64,000 nucleotides of DNA, from assembly GCA_965197645.1 (NCBI GenBank), contig OZ240219.1, positions 640,001 to 704,000 of the forward strand, given 5' to 3'. The translations under genes and the position numbers were made by a program. The notes beneath the pieces were generated by a model, which saw nothing but the letters and a program-made list of their open reading frames with translations, was not told the origin of the DNA and did no database searches. Position 1 is the first letter of the stretch. The number at the start of each line of letters is the position of its first letter. This DNA comes from Dehalococcoidia bacterium. Its GTDB lineage: Bacteria; Chloroflexota; Dehalococcoidia; Plut-88900. This document shows positions 1-10,311 of the stretch, one piece after another.

Positions 1-1
1 C

Positions 2-781
2 CTGAACGCCCAGGACATACAGATAGACGTCCAGTCTCCCGGCTCCCTGGCCCTAGACGCGAGCACCGCTTGTCTCATAGCCCAGTATCCCAACTACTAC
101 GGCTGTATCGACGACCTTTCGACGTATGTCACGGCCGCTCACGATGCGGGAGCGCTGATGGTGGTAGCGGTCAACCCCATAGCGCTTGGTCTGCTGCGGG
201 CACCGGGCAGCTTTGGCGCCGACATCGTGGTTGGGGAAGGTCAGCCGTTGGGGTCGTCGACCAACTTCGGCGGGCCCTATCTCGGGTTGTTCGCCTGCAA
301 CGAGAAGCACCTGCGACAGATGCCGGGAAGGATCGTCGGGAAGACTACGGATACCCAGGGGCGGGAGGGCTATGTGCTCACCCTACAGACCCGGGAGCAG
401 CACATCCGCCGCGAGACCGCCACGTCCAACATCTGTACCAGCGAGTCCCTGGTCGCCCTGGCGGCAACGGTCTACCTATCGGCGCTCGGTCCTGGGGGGC
501 TGAGAACGGTGGCTGAGCAGTGCTATCACAAGGCCCACTACGCTGCGCAACGCATATCGGAGCTACCCGGCTACTCCCTGCCGATGGAAGGCAGCTTCTT
601 CTCCGAGTTCGTGGTGCGGTGCCCGAGGCCCCCAGCCGAGATCAACGCCACTTTGGCCGAGCATAACGTCATAGGAGGCCTGGACGTCAGCGATCAGATC
701 GAAAACGGCATGCTCATATGCGTCACCGAGATGAACCCCAGGGAGCAGATCGATTCCCTGGTAGAGCTCCTAGCGGCGTGA
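2..781 (+). CDS. gcvPA: glycine dehydrogenase (decarboxylating) subunit 1, 5'-truncated by the window edge
   Basis: Frame is open from base 2 (..QYPNYYG..). Motifs GEGQPLG, FGGPYLG and TREQHIRRETATSNICT. Followed by gcvPB. Confidence 0.95.
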   Translation: MNAQDIQIDVQSPGSLALDASTACLIAQYPNYYGCIDDLSTYVTAAHDAGALMVVAVNPIALGLLRAPGSFGADIVVGEGQPLGSSTNFGGPYLGLFACNEKHLRQMPGRIVGKTTDTQGREGYVLTLQTREQHIRRETATSNICTSESLVALAATVYLSALGPGGLRTVAEQCYHKAHYAAQRISELPGYSLPMEGSFFSEFVVRCPRPPAEINATLAEHNVIGGLDVSDQIENGMLICVTEMNPREQIDSLVELLAA

Positions 782-823
782 TCCCAGGGCTATTGAGACC
801 GACGGCCGATAAGACTGCAGCCC

Positions 824-2290
824 ATGACCACAACGACAAAAAAGCAAAGCCTCACCCTTAAGGACCTCCACGCCCCCGGTGTAGTAGGCACTACTCTGCC
901 GGAGCTCGACGTTCCAGCCGCCGAGCTGCCCCCGGACGACCTGCTGCGCTCCGACCTTCCGCTGCCCGAGGTCAGCGAACTGGATATCGTTCGGCACTTC
1001 ACCCGCATCAGCCAGCTGAACTTCGGCATCGATAGCGGCTTCTACCCGCTGGGCAGCTGCACCATGAAGTACAACCCCAAGTGGCACGAAGAGGCGGCAC
1101 GGCTGCCGGGCTTCGCCGAGGTCCACCCCCTGCAGTCCCAGGCCCTGTCCCAGGGCGCCCTGAAGGTGATGTACGACCTCCAGTCCATCCTGGCGGAGAT
1201 CACCGGCGCCAAAGCGGTGAGCCTGGCTCCCCTGGCCGGCGCCCATGGAGAGATGGCCGGTCTCCTCATGATCAAGGCCTATCAACAGGGCCGGGGTGAA
1301 GGCCACCGAGACCGGATCATCATCCCCGATACTGCCCATGGCACCAACGCCGCCTCGGCCCGCATGTGTGGCTACCAGGTCGTCACCGCGCCCTCGGACT
1401 CCGAGGGGAACATGGATCTTGACGCCCTCCGAGAGCTCTGCTCGGAGCAACTGGCCGGAGTTATGATCACGTTGCCAAGCACCTTGGGCCTGTTCAATCC
1501 CAACATCCTCGAGGTCTGCGACACCGTCCACCAGAACGGCGGCATGGTCTACGGCGATGGCGCCAACCTGAATGCCCTATTAGGGCGGGCCAAGCTGGGC
1601 GACCTGGGCTTTGACGTCATTCACTCCAACCTGCACAAGACCTTCAGCTCGCCCCACGGGGGTGGCGGACCGGGGGCGGGGCCTGTCTGCGCCGCCGATA
1701 CCCTAGCCCCCTTCCTCCCTGCCCCAGTAGTCCAGCGTGCCAACAACCCCGACGACTCAAACACCCCGGAATACTATCTGGGCAGACCGGAACGCTCCAT
1801 AGGCAAGATGAGCGCCTTCCACTGCAACTTCGGCGTCATCCTGCGCGCTTACGCCTACATCCGGCTCCTCGGCGAACCGGGCCTGAAGGAGGTCAGCGAG
1901 AACGCCGTCATCAACGCCAACTACGTCATGGCCCGGCTCAGAGAGGACTACGATCTGCCCTACGACCGTACCTACACCCACGAGGTGGTCTTCTCCGCCT
2001 CCAGGCAGAAGGCGCTGGGCGTCCGGGCCCTGGACATCTCCAAGCGCTTGATGGACTTCGGTTTTCATCCACCCACGATGTACTTCCCCCTCATAGTGCC
2101 TGAGGCCCTGATGATCGAACCCACCGAGTGCGAAAGCAAGCGCACCCTGGACCAGTTCATCGATGCGATGAAGACGATCTCACGGGAGGCCGAAGAAGAC
2201 CCCGAGGTGGTAACCTCCGCCCCCCACACCACCCCTCTCTCCCGACTGGACGAAGCTCACGCCGCTCGCCACCCGATCCTTCACTGGTAA
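824..2290 (+). CDS. gcvPB: glycine dehydrogenase (decarboxylating) subunit 2
   Basis: YPLGSCTMKYNP, AHGTN, PLP lysine motif NLHKTFSSPHGGGGPG, HPPTMYFPL, MIEPTE. Confidence 0.96.
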   Translation: MTTTTKKQSLTLKDLHAPGVVGTTLPELDVPAAELPPDDLLRSDLPLPEVSELDIVRHFTRISQLNFGIDSGFYPLGSCTMKYNPKWHEEAARLPGFAEVHPLQSQALSQGALKVMYDLQSILAEITGAKAVSLAPLAGAHGEMAGLLMIKAYQQGRGEGHRDRIIIPDTAHGTNAASARMCGYQVVTAPSDSEGNMDLDALRELCSEQLAGVMITLPSTLGLFNPNILEVCDTVHQNGGMVYGDGANLNALLGRAKLGDLGFDVIHSNLHKTFSSPHGGGGPGAGPVCAADTLAPFLPAPVVQRANNPDDSNTPEYYLGRPERSIGKMSAFHCNFGVILRAYAYIRLLGEPGLKEVSENAVINANYVMARLREDYDLPYDRTYTHEVVFSASRQKALGVRALDISKRLMDFGFHPPTMYFPLIVPEALMIEPTECESKRTLDQFIDAMKTISREAEEDPEVVTSAPHTTPLSRLDEAHAARHPILHW

Positions 2291-2378
2291 ACTGTCCCTC
2301 GCCACAGCCCTTCTTTCGCCCATCGGCGGCGCTATAACGTATGCCAGGCCAGCAAAGACCCGGGACAGGAGTAATTCC

Positions 2379-2579
2379 ATGTGCCGCAGCATCAAAGTCC
2401 TCAGAAGTCCCGATGCCCCTGCCTCCGAAGAGGAGGTCCGGGTCGCCGCCCTCCAGTTCGTGCGGAAGATCAGCGGCTACCGTAATCCCTCCAAGGCCAA
2501 CACCCTCGCCTTCGATACCGCCGTGATGGAGGTCTCCGCCGCCTCAAGCAAGCTGCTGGCCTCGCTAAGGAGGGGCTAA
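2379..2579 (+). CDS. DUF2277 family small protein
   Basis: MCRSIK...AALQFVRKISG signature; RBS AGGAG upstream. Confidence 0.8.
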   Translation: MCRSIKVLRSPDAPASEEEVRVAALQFVRKISGYRNPSKANTLAFDTAVMEVSAASSKLLASLRRG

Positions 2580-2587
2580 CCGCCCCT

Positions 2588-2631
2588 GCTAGATTGCCAC
2601 GCCCCGACAGAGTCGGAGCTCGCAATGACGA
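2588..2631 (+). repeat. REP-like palindromic repeat, family A
   Basis: GCTAGATTGCCACGCCCCGAC-N3-GTCGG..CTCGCAATGACG; copies at ~20427 (+), ~34017 (-) and ~46700 (-). Confidence 0.85.
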
Positions 2632-2700
2632 GGGCAGGGACTCAGTCTAACTGTCGCGCTCAGCTTGCTCCACCCGGTGGAAAAGAGATATCTTAGGTGC

Positions 2701-3375
2701 ATGGGAGAGTCACCGCCGTTTCAGGACCACCTCAGAGCGTTGGCCGACCCTATCTGGGAGGCCCAGCACAACCACCCGTTCATCACCGGTATAGGCGCGG
2801 GCACCCTGGACATGGAGAAGCTGAAGTACTGGGCCAGGCAGGACTATCTCTACCTCATCGACTACGCACGAATTCTGTCCATAGGCTCCGCCAAGGCGCC
2901 TGACACGGACTCGTTGAAGTGGTTCGCCAGCCTGGCCAAGAACGTGTCCACGGAGATGGAGCTCCACCTCTCCTACGCCAGGGACTTCGGCATCTCACTG
3001 GCCGAGATGGAGGCCGAAACCAAAGCGCCCTCCTGCCAGGGTTACACCGACTTCCTTCTCCGTACCGCCGCCATCGATCCCTTCGAGGTGCTGGTGGCCG
3101 CCCTGTTGCCATGCTTCTGGGGCTACCACGAGATCGGCACGCGACTGGAGGACCGGGGCCTGCCCGAGAACGATCTCTACGTCCGCTGGATCGAACAGTA
3201 CACGGATCCCGACTACGCCCAACAAGTACGCTACTGCCGGGACCTGATCGATAGGCTGGGCACTGAAGCCACCGAAAGCGGGCGTCGCCGGATGGAGCTG
3301 GCATTCGTTACCAGCAGCCGCTACGAGTACCTGTTCTGGGAGATGTGCTATACAGAGGAGACTTGGCCCGTTTAG
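2701..3375 (+). CDS. tenA: thiaminase II / TenA family aminopyrimidine aminohydrolase
   Basis: HPF, QDYLYL, LLPCFWGY (catalytic Cys present), EYLFWEM. Confidence 0.9.
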   Translation: MGESPPFQDHLRALADPIWEAQHNHPFITGIGAGTLDMEKLKYWARQDYLYLIDYARILSIGSAKAPDTDSLKWFASLAKNVSTEMELHLSYARDFGISLAEMEAETKAPSCQGYTDFLLRTAAIDPFEVLVAALLPCFWGYHEIGTRLEDRGLPENDLYVRWIEQYTDPDYAQQVRYCRDLIDRLGTEATESGRRRMELAFVTSSRYEYLFWEMCYTEETWPV

Positions 3376-3435
3376 GCCCGTCGGTTCCCTGCACGTGTTA
3401 AGATTGTCGGGCCAGCCCAATCGAGAGGCGCCCCA

Positions 3436-3843
3436 GTGACCCAATCGATACCTCCCCAGGACAAATTCCCCCAGGTGATGGAAAGGACGATCCAGCTCAC
3501 GGGTGAGAAGCTGCCGGCCAAGAACGTCAAAGGCCTCGCCCAGATATTCCACTCGCTGTGCTGGGAGTTCCCCGACTACCAGGTCCAGGTCTACACCGTG
3601 CTGGACGATGAGGGCAACTTCGAGTACGCCGGTAACATAGACGGCGAGGCCGACGCCCAGATCACCATGAACGCGGAACAGCTGCACAGCGTCGTTTACG
3701 GCCGGGCCAACATGCCCAAGATGTTCCTCACCCGCCAGATCAAGGTCCGCGGACTTCCCACCCTGAAGCTCATGAAGTTCGCACCCCTGCTCGGCCCTTT
3801 CCTGGACAGCTACAAGGAGGCTTGCGATGCCCTGGCCAGCTAA
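3436..3843 (+). CDS. SCP2 sterol/lipid-binding domain protein
   Basis: C-terminal ADAQITMNAE..GRANMPKMFLTRQIKVRG pattern typical of SCP2; GTG start. Confidence 0.6.
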   Translation: MTQSIPPQDKFPQVMERTIQLTGEKLPAKNVKGLAQIFHSLCWEFPDYQVQVYTVLDDEGNFEYAGNIDGEADAQITMNAEQLHSVVYGRANMPKMFLTRQIKVRGLPTLKLMKFAPLLGPFLDSYKEACDALAS

Positions 3844-3871
3844 CCTGGCCCTCCCTGACGCATCGTTTCGC

Positions 3872-3902
3872 TTGACACTTTCAAACATCTTTGCGGTATA
3901 AT
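3872..3902 (+). promoter_or_regulatory. putative sigma70 promoter of the IscA-YgfZ genes
   Basis: TTGACA (3872-3877) and TATAAT (3897-3902); the 19-nt spacer is longer than optimal. Confidence 0.5.
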
Positions 3903-3960
3903 AAACCCACCTACCGATATAGAAACTGTCGCAGTCACACGACTAGGAAACGGTATCCAG

Positions 3961-4305
3961 ATGACCACAGCCACTGTCCCGACCATCCACGTCACCGAGA
4001 AAGCCGCCAAGCAGATAGAGAAGCTGGGTGAGAAAGAGGGTATGACCGACTTCGGCCTTCGAATGTCGGTCAAGGGCGGCGGCTGCTCCGGTCTTACCTA
4101 CAAACTCGTCTTTGCAGAGCAGCCCAAAGAGAACGACAAGATCATCGAGGAGCACGGGGTAAAGCTGTTCATAGATTTCAAGAGCATGTTCTACCTGGGC
4201 GGCACCGTCCTCGAGTTCTCCGACGGCCTTAACGGCAAGGGGTTCGAGTTTACCAACCCCAACGCCACGGCCACCTGTGGCTGCGGCAACTCCTTCTCCG
4301 TCTAA
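3961..4305 (+). CDS. HesB/IscA/ErpA family Fe-S cluster carrier protein
   Basis: GGGCSG and C-terminal NPNATATCGCGNSF. Confidence 0.93.
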   Translation: MTTATVPTIHVTEKAAKQIEKLGEKEGMTDFGLRMSVKGGGCSGLTYKLVFAEQPKENDKIIEEHGVKLFIDFKSMFYLGGTVLEFSDGLNGKGFEFTNPNATATCGCGNSFSV

Positions 4306-4471
4306 GCCACCTCGCGTCCATCCCTCCAGCAGGGCGCCCTCTCGTCTACGCCGGAAACGACGCGCGCCTTGAGGCTATCGCGAGCTCCACCTGTTCCCGC
4401 CGAGCCGGAAGCTTTGGAAAACTACTATAATAGTGGGGCACGAGCACACTTCAGCCGGACGGGGACCAAGA

Positions 4472-5512
4472 ATGACTAGAAGCAGCCTGTACCAGGTCCA
4501 TAGCGACGCCGGGGCCACCTTTGGTGAGCTCCACGGCTGGGAGTTGCCCTTACGCTTCTCTTCCATCGAGGAGGAGTACGGCGCCGCCAAAACCGGGGCC
4601 GCACTGATCGATAGGTCCCACCTCGGTCGCATCAAGATGACCGGAGAGGACTCCCTGGACCTGCTGAACCGGCTCAGCACCAACGAGGTGATGGGCCTCG
4701 CTGCCGGCACCGGCCTCTCTACGGTCCTCACCACCAACAAGGGCCGGGTGGTAGACCTGTTGACCGTCTACTGCCACGGAGACGAGCTTGTCGTTCTCAC
4801 AGCACCCCAGAACCGTGAGAGGGTGCCGTCCTGGATCGACCGGTTCGTCTTCGGTGAGGAGGTCGAGCTACAGGACATTACCGAGTCGGTGGCCATGCTC
4901 ACCCTGCTCGGGCCCCGGGCCACCGAGATACTGGACGATCTCACGGATCTCAACGTGGGTGACCTCGATGAGCACCACGGGCTTCAGGCGTCGCTTTCAG
5001 GGTCCGAAGTGTACGTGGCCCGTGAGAGCCTGCTGTGGGGTGCGGCCTACAACATCCTGGTCGAAGCGGATTCCGCCGCCGGGGTCTGGGACCTGTTACT
5101 GGGGGCAGGGGCTTCGCCGGTGGGGATGGAGGCCTACGAGCTTCTGCGCATCGACTCGTGCGTCCCCCAGTACGGCTCCGAGCTAAGCGAGGACTACAAT
5201 CCCCTCGAAGCAAAGCTCGACTCTTCGATCAACTTCTCCAAGGGGTGCTACGTAGGCCAGGAGGTTGTCGCTCGCCTCAACACCTACGAAAAGGTCAAGC
5301 GGTATCTGGTGAAGCTCCAGTTCGATAACGGGACTGCTCCTCAGCCGGGGACTACCCTCTTGGCCGGTGAGAAGGAGGTGGGCGCCGTCACGTCCATCAC
5401 CTCGATACCCGGCAACGGCATGTCCATCGCTCTGGGCTACGTACGAAAGGCCCACGTGCAACCGGGAACAACCCTAACCGCCAACTCCTCCACCGGCCGG
5501 ATAGTGGCTTAA
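4472..5512 (+). CDS. ygfZ: YgfZ/GcvT-like folate-binding protein
   Basis: FSKGCYVGQEVVARL signature and GcvT-like N-terminus. Start could also be 4433. Confidence 0.85.
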   Translation: MTRSSLYQVHSDAGATFGELHGWELPLRFSSIEEEYGAAKTGAALIDRSHLGRIKMTGEDSLDLLNRLSTNEVMGLAAGTGLSTVLTTNKGRVVDLLTVYCHGDELVVLTAPQNRERVPSWIDRFVFGEEVELQDITESVAMLTLLGPRATEILDDLTDLNVGDLDEHHGLQASLSGSEVYVARESLLWGAAYNILVEADSAAGVWDLLLGAGASPVGMEAYELLRIDSCVPQYGSELSEDYNPLEAKLDSSINFSKGCYVGQEVVARLNTYEKVKRYLVKLQFDNGTAPQPGTTLLAGEKEVGAVTSITSIPGNGMSIALGYVRKAHVQPGTTLTANSSTGRIVA

Positions 5513-7629
5513 GACCGGGGCGGCTCCGCCACACCGAAGCTCTTCAACGTCGACTCCAGCTGGTCCAGGTCCGCGGTGGGCATGGCGCAGGTGTTGCCTG
5601 CGCACACGTATGCCAGCGGCTCTTCGGACTTTTGAAGCATTGCACGCAGAGCCGGCGGCAACCTCTCCTCGTTCCCTACCGAGGGGTCATGGAGGGATAC
5701 TAGCTTCTTGGGTCGATAGGTGGACAGGGCCTTGCGCCACAGCCGCTGTGTCCGCTCGTCCTGCCTGGGACCGACAACCACCGCATGGGCCGGCGGAGCG
5801 ATGTGGCGGTCCAGGGCGATGAAGTAGGTAGCGGCGAAGATGCCGTACTGGCTGCACCTCTCTCCGAAGGCCCGCAAAGACCGTTCCGACTTGTCCCAGT
5901 ACTCCCGGTCCTGGGTGAGCTGGTACAACCGGTCCAGCACCAGAATCGCTACGGCGTTGCTGCTGGGACTCGGCGAGTCCTGTATCGGTTTGTCACTAAC
6001 CTCCAGGCCTATGGAAGAGTTCCTATCGATGGGGATATCGAAGAACCCGCCGAAATCAACGTCCCAGAACGATTCCGTAACGTAGTCCATAACGTCTACG
6101 GCGGTCTCCAGGTACCTGGCTTCGCCCGTCGATTCGTGGGCATCGAGGAGGGCCTGGGCCATCTGCACCTGGTCATCGAGCAGCCCATCGATCTTTGCCC
6201 GACCGTCAGCCAGGCTGTGGTAGAACCCCCGCCCGGGAACGTAGGTCTCTTTCATCAGCAGCTCGATGGTCCTGATCGCCTGATCCCGGCACTCGGAGTT
6301 ACCCAGCACCCGGTGGGCTTCCAGGAACGCCGAGGCCATCATGCCGTTCCACCCGGTGTATACAGTGGGGTCGATGAAAGGAGTGGGCCGTGCTGTTCGG
6401 GCCTCTAGCATCTTGCGAGCGCCCGAGGCTAGCAGCTCTTCTACCTCCGACTCATCCACGTCCAGTGTGCGGGCTATGGCCGGAAGCTCCTGGTCCACGA
6501 ACAGAACGTTCTTGGCCGGGTTGTGGTGCATCTCGCCCCGGGGCTCCACGTTGTACCGAAGGGCAATGGCCTGGGCCTCCTCGAGCGAGACGGCCTCCTT
6601 TACCTCGTCCAGAGTCCAGGTGAAGTAGTCGCCGTCGTCGTGCAGGTCTATGTCGGCGTCCTGGCTGGCGTAGAAACCCCCATGCTCAGTGTCCGAACCG
6701 ACCTCCAGAACGTAGGCTGCGATCCCCTCGGCGGTCCTTCGAAACAGCTCTTTGCCCATCGCCTGGTAGCCGTGAAGGTAGTTCTTCAGCAGCTCGGAGT
6801 TGTCGTAGGACATCTTCTCGAAGTGGGGCACTATCCACTTCTCGTCCACCGAGTACCGGTGGAACCCACCGCCCAGCTGGTCGTACACCCCGCCCAGGGC
6901 CATCTTCTCCAACGTCTTCTCTATCGTGACCTCCAGCCACCCTTCTTTGGTCTCGAAGTAGCGGGCCAGCATCAGCTCTATGGCGCCGGTGTGGGGAAAC
7001 TTGGGCGCATTGCCGAACCCGCCGTTCACAATGTCGAAGCTCTTGCCCATCGTCTGCAGCGCGTCCTCGACGGCTTGAGGAGTGATCTCGAAGGCACTGT
7101 CGGAGGGAGCGGACAGCTTCTCTATGTGCTCGACGATCATTCTGGCGTTGTCCTGCACCTTGTCCCGCTCCTGGGCGTATATCTCGCTGATGCGAGTGAG
7201 GACGGTCTTGAAGCCGGGGCGTCCGTGCATGTCCTCGGGAGGGAAGTAGGTGCCGCCGAAGAAGGCCTGGCCATCGCTGGTGAGGAAACCTGTCAAGGGC
7301 CACCCTCCCTGCCCTGCCACGGCGCCGACGGAGTTTTGATATCTCCTATCGATGTCGGGCCTTTCGTCCCGGTCCACCTTCACCGCTACGAATTTGCTGT
7401 TTATGAGATTGGCTATCTCGTCGTTCTCATAGCTTTCGCCGTCCATGACGTGGCACCAGTGGCACCAGACGGCGCCGATGTCCAGCAGGACGGGCTTATT
7501 TTGCTCCCGCGCCAGGCTAAAGGCCTCTTCGCCCCAGGGGTGCCAATCGACGGGTTGGTGGCCCGCACTCCTCAGGTATGCGCTGGACTCCTTTGCCAGC
7601 CTGTTTTCCGTCGGTTTCTTGTCAGTCAT
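5509..7629 (-). CDS. thioredoxin-domain protein YyaL/SSP411 (DUF255)
   Basis: NRLAKESSAYL, WCHWCHVM, KVDRDERPDID, GGWPLT, GGFHRYSVD, PHFEKM. Confidence 0.92.
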   Translation of the reverse strand: MTDKKPTENRLAKESSAYLRSAGHQPVDWHPWGEEAFSLAREQNKPVLLDIGAVWCHWCHVMDGESYENDEIANLINSKFVAVKVDRDERPDIDRRYQNSVGAVAGQGGWPLTGFLTSDGQAFFGGTYFPPEDMHGRPGFKTVLTRISEIYAQERDKVQDNARMIVEHIEKLSAPSDSAFEITPQAVEDALQTMGKSFDIVNGGFGNAPKFPHTGAIELMLARYFETKEGWLEVTIEKTLEKMALGGVYDQLGGGFHRYSVDEKWIVPHFEKMSYDNSELLKNYLHGYQAMGKELFRRTAEGIAAYVLEVGSDTEHGGFYASQDADIDLHDDGDYFTWTLDEVKEAVSLEEAQAIALRYNVEPRGEMHHNPAKNVLFVDQELPAIARTLDVDESEVEELLASGARKMLEARTARPTPFIDPTVYTGWNGMMASAFLEAHRVLGNSECRDQAIRTIELLMKETYVPGRGFYHSLADGRAKIDGLLDDQVQMAQALLDAHESTGEARYLETAVDVMDYVTESFWDVDFGGFFDIPIDRNSSIGLEVSDKPIQDSPSPSSNAVAILVLDRLYQLTQDREYWDKSERSLRAFGERCSQYGIFAATYFIALDRHIAPPAHAVVVGPRQDERTQRLWRKALSTYRPKKLVSLHDPSVGNEERLPPALRAMLQKSEEPLAYVCAGNTCAMPTADLDQLESTLKSFGVAEPPRS

Positions 7630-7703
7630 CCTGGGTATTATAACGTTGTACGCCAGCCATTCCTCTTGCGTGTTATATTATCCTCACACGGAGGAGGCGT
7701 CCA

Positions 7704-8498
7704 TTGAGCACAACTTCTAACCACAAGACACCCGGAGAAGTGAGGGAGGAGGCCCGAAGCGGCCGCTTTGCCGCCGTGACCGCCGGCCTTGCACCCGGTT
7801 ACACCCAGACCAACCTGGCCATTCTGCCGAGAGAGCAGGCCTTCGACTTTCTTCTGTTCTGCCAACGCAATCCCAAGCCCTGCCCGCTCATCGAGGTGCT
7901 GGAACCGGGCGTTCCGGAGCCCGTGATGTCGGCGCCGGGCGCCGACATCCGGACCGACCTACCCAGATACAGGGTTTATAGGGACGGCGTACTGGAGCAG
8001 GAGGTAGAGGAGATAAGCGAGGTGTGGCGGGACGACCTGGTCTCGTTCCTGCTGGGCTGCAGCTTCACCTTCGAGGAAGCGCTGGTTCGGGCGGGCATCC
8101 CCCTGAGACACATAGACCGGGGCGAGAACGTCTCCATGTACATCACCAACATCGAGACCCAAAGCGCAGGGGCTTTCTCCGGGCCCATGGTGGTGAGCAT
8201 GCGGGCCATAGACCACAAGAAGGTGGTGAGGTCGGTCCAGATCACGTCCCGGTACCCGGACGTCCACGGCGCCCCCGTCCACGTCGGCGATCCCGAGGTC
8301 ATAGGCATCAGGGATATCTCGAAGCCGGACTACGGCGACCTGACGGAGTTCAAGGAGGGCGAGGTGCCGGTGTTCTGGGCCTGCGGCGTTACCCCCCAGG
8401 CCGTGGCGGTCAACTCCAGGCCCCCGCTGATGATTACCCACGCTCCGGGCCACATGTTTGTTACCGACCTTCTGAACGAGGACATCGCAGCCCTTTAG
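7704..8498 (+). CDS. putative hydro-lyase, DUF1445 / D-glutamate cyclase N-terminal family
   Basis: [42 protein letters not shown]. Confidence 0.9.
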   Translation: MSTTSNHKTPGEVREEARSGRFAAVTAGLAPGYTQTNLAILPREQAFDFLLFCQRNPKPCPLIEVLEPGVPEPVMSAPGADIRTDLPRYRVYRDGVLEQEVEEISEVWRDDLVSFLLGCSFTFEEALVRAGIPLRHIDRGENVSMYITNIETQSAGAFSGPMVVSMRAIDHKKVVRSVQITSRYPDVHGAPVHVGDPEVIGIRDISKPDYGDLTEFKEGEVPVFWACGVTPQAVAVNSRPPLMITHAPGHMFVTDLLNEDIAAL

Positions 8499-8509
8499 TC
8501 GGAGGCGCT

Positions 8510-9352
8510 ATGACTATAGAAGACATCATTCTAGGCAACGACGTACGGGGCATCTCCCAGCTCAGGGACAAGCTCCCCGCCGATTTCTGCGACCAGGCGG
8601 CCAGGTTCATACTCGAAAGTCCGGGGCCCGTCTTCATCATCACCGGCTTCTTCGTGAAGAAGAACTGGGAATCGGATGGCCCCGTCGGCGCCCTGGTGCT
8701 GGGCCAAGCGCTGGAGCGTCGCGGGTTCCAGGTCTACTACGTTACCGATGGCTGCACCGACATGATGCGGGAGCTGGTGGGCGCCGGGGAAAAGGTGATC
8801 GACTTCCCCAACCTAGACCACGAAGCCAGCAAGGAGCAGGCAAACAGGCTCCTGGACGAGTACAAACCGGGACTGGCCGTGGCCATCGAGCGGTGCTCTC
8901 TCACCGAGGAGCAGAAGTACCGCAACATGCGCGGCAAGGACATCTCGGAGCATACGGCCAAGATCGACTACCTGTTCCGCGGCGTCGACCGGACGGTCGG
9001 CGTGGGCGACGGCGGCAACGAGATAGGCATGGGCAACCTGTTCGACGAGATCCCCAAGGTGGAGTCCCTGGTGCGGCTGCCCGCCACCACCTCGGCAACC
9101 CACCTGGTCATCGCCGCGGTGTCCAACTGGGGCGCCTACGGCCTCGCCGCCAGTATCTCCGTCCAGACGGGCCAGAACCTGCTGCCCTCCATCGACGGGG
9201 AGCAGGACATGGTGAAGAAGTGGGTCGATATGGGCGGCGTCGATGGGTTCAGCGGAGAGCAGATCTACAAGGTCGATGGCTTCTCCCTGGAGGAGAACAG
9301 CGCCGTCCTGGAGGCCCTGCATAACGACGTGGAGGCGGCCATAGGGGCCTGA
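8510..9352 (+). CDS. DUF4392 / D-glutamate cyclase C-terminal domain protein
   Basis: ITGF..ESDGP, AIER, NMRG, GVGDGGNEIGMG, VSNWG; RBS GGAGG before ATG 8510. Confidence 0.88.
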   Translation: MTIEDIILGNDVRGISQLRDKLPADFCDQAARFILESPGPVFIITGFFVKKNWESDGPVGALVLGQALERRGFQVYYVTDGCTDMMRELVGAGEKVIDFPNLDHEASKEQANRLLDEYKPGLAVAIERCSLTEEQKYRNMRGKDISEHTAKIDYLFRGVDRTVGVGDGGNEIGMGNLFDEIPKVESLVRLPATTSATHLVIAAVSNWGAYGLAASISVQTGQNLLPSIDGEQDMVKKWVDMGGVDGFSGEQIYKVDGFSLEENSAVLEALHNDVEAAIGA

Positions 9353-9356
9353 CCCC

Positions 9357-10301
9357 ATGCGCATCTGCTCCCTACTACCCAGCAACACCGAAATCCTGTT
9401 CTCACTAGGTCTCGGGGACTCCATCGTAGGCGTAACCCACGAGTGCGACTATCCTGAGGAAGCTGCTACCAAGCCGGTAGTGACCTCCAGCGTGGTGGAT
9501 GGCGACAACATGGCCAGCCGGGAGATCAGCGCCGCCATCAGCAGCCTGCTGCACAAGGGCAGCTCCATCTACCACCTGGACGAGGACCGGCTTCGCGAGT
9601 CCGGCACCGAGCTCATTCTCACCCAGGAGCTCTGCGACGTCTGTGCCGTGTCCTACAAGGAGGTCAAGGCCGCCGCACGGGTGCTGGACTCGGACGTTAA
9701 GGTGGTCTCCCTGGAGCCGAACACCATTCAGGACATCCTGGACAACATCATGTTCGTTGGGGAGTTGACCGGTTCGCTGGAGAGTGCCGAAAGGGTTGTC
9801 GCCGGCCTCGCCAGAAGGATCGAGACGGTCAAATCCCAGGCATCCCAGCCCCAGACCCGGCCTCGGGTACTCTGCATGGAGTGGCTGGACCCGATATTCG
9901 TCGGGGGACACTGGGTGCCGGAGATGGTCGATCTCGCCGGCGGAGAGGATGGGCTGGGAGAGGCCGGTAGACCCTCCATCCAGGTGGACTGGGACCTGGT
10001 GGCAGCCTACGCCCCCGAGGTCATCGTGCTGATGCCCTGTGGATTCGGTGTGTCACGGGTGCTGCAGGAGCTGGAGCATATCCGCTTCCCCGAACAGTGG
10101 GAAGCGTTGCCCGCCGTGCAGCAGGGCAATGTCTTCGCAGTGGACGGCTCCTCCTATTTCAACCGGCCCGGCCCGAGGATCATAGACGGGCTGGAGATAC
10201 TGGCCGAGATCATTCACCCGGAGCTGTTTCCCAGGAAGCGGCGGACACGCCAGGACTACGTTAGGCTTCCGGCTCCTTACACGGTCCAGTCGGCAGGATA
10301 G
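9357..10301 (+). CDS. BtuF-like cobalamin/Fe-siderophore-binding fold protein without a signal peptide
   Basis: MRICSLLPSNTE, GVTHECDYP, TQELCDVCAV, GHWVPEM, FNRPGPR. Confidence 0.85.
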   Translation: MRICSLLPSNTEILFSLGLGDSIVGVTHECDYPEEAATKPVVTSSVVDGDNMASREISAAISSLLHKGSSIYHLDEDRLRESGTELILTQELCDVCAVSYKEVKAAARVLDSDVKVVSLEPNTIQDILDNIMFVGELTGSLESAERVVAGLARRIETVKSQASQPQTRPRVLCMEWLDPIFVGGHWVPEMVDLAGGEDGLGEAGRPSIQVDWDLVAAYAPEVIVLMPCGFGVSRVLQELEHIRFPEQWEALPAVQQGNVFAVDGSSYFNRPGPRIIDGLEILAEIIHPELFPRKRRTRQDYVRLPAPYTVQSAG

Positions 10302-10311
10302 CAGGGTCCAA

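Noticed and set aside
2580-2700. TPP riboswitch upstream of tenA
   Set aside because: No CTGAGA core; the structure there is a family A repeat.
3900-3930. IscR/Rrf2-type operator upstream of the IscA gene
   Set aside because: No convincing dyad symmetry by eye.
8024-8509. N-terminal extension of the DUF4392 ORF, or a frameshifted DUF1445-DUF4392 fusion
   Set aside because: The extension overlaps DUF1445 out of frame; DUF1445 has a clean stop and DUF4392 has its own RBS and ATG at 8510.
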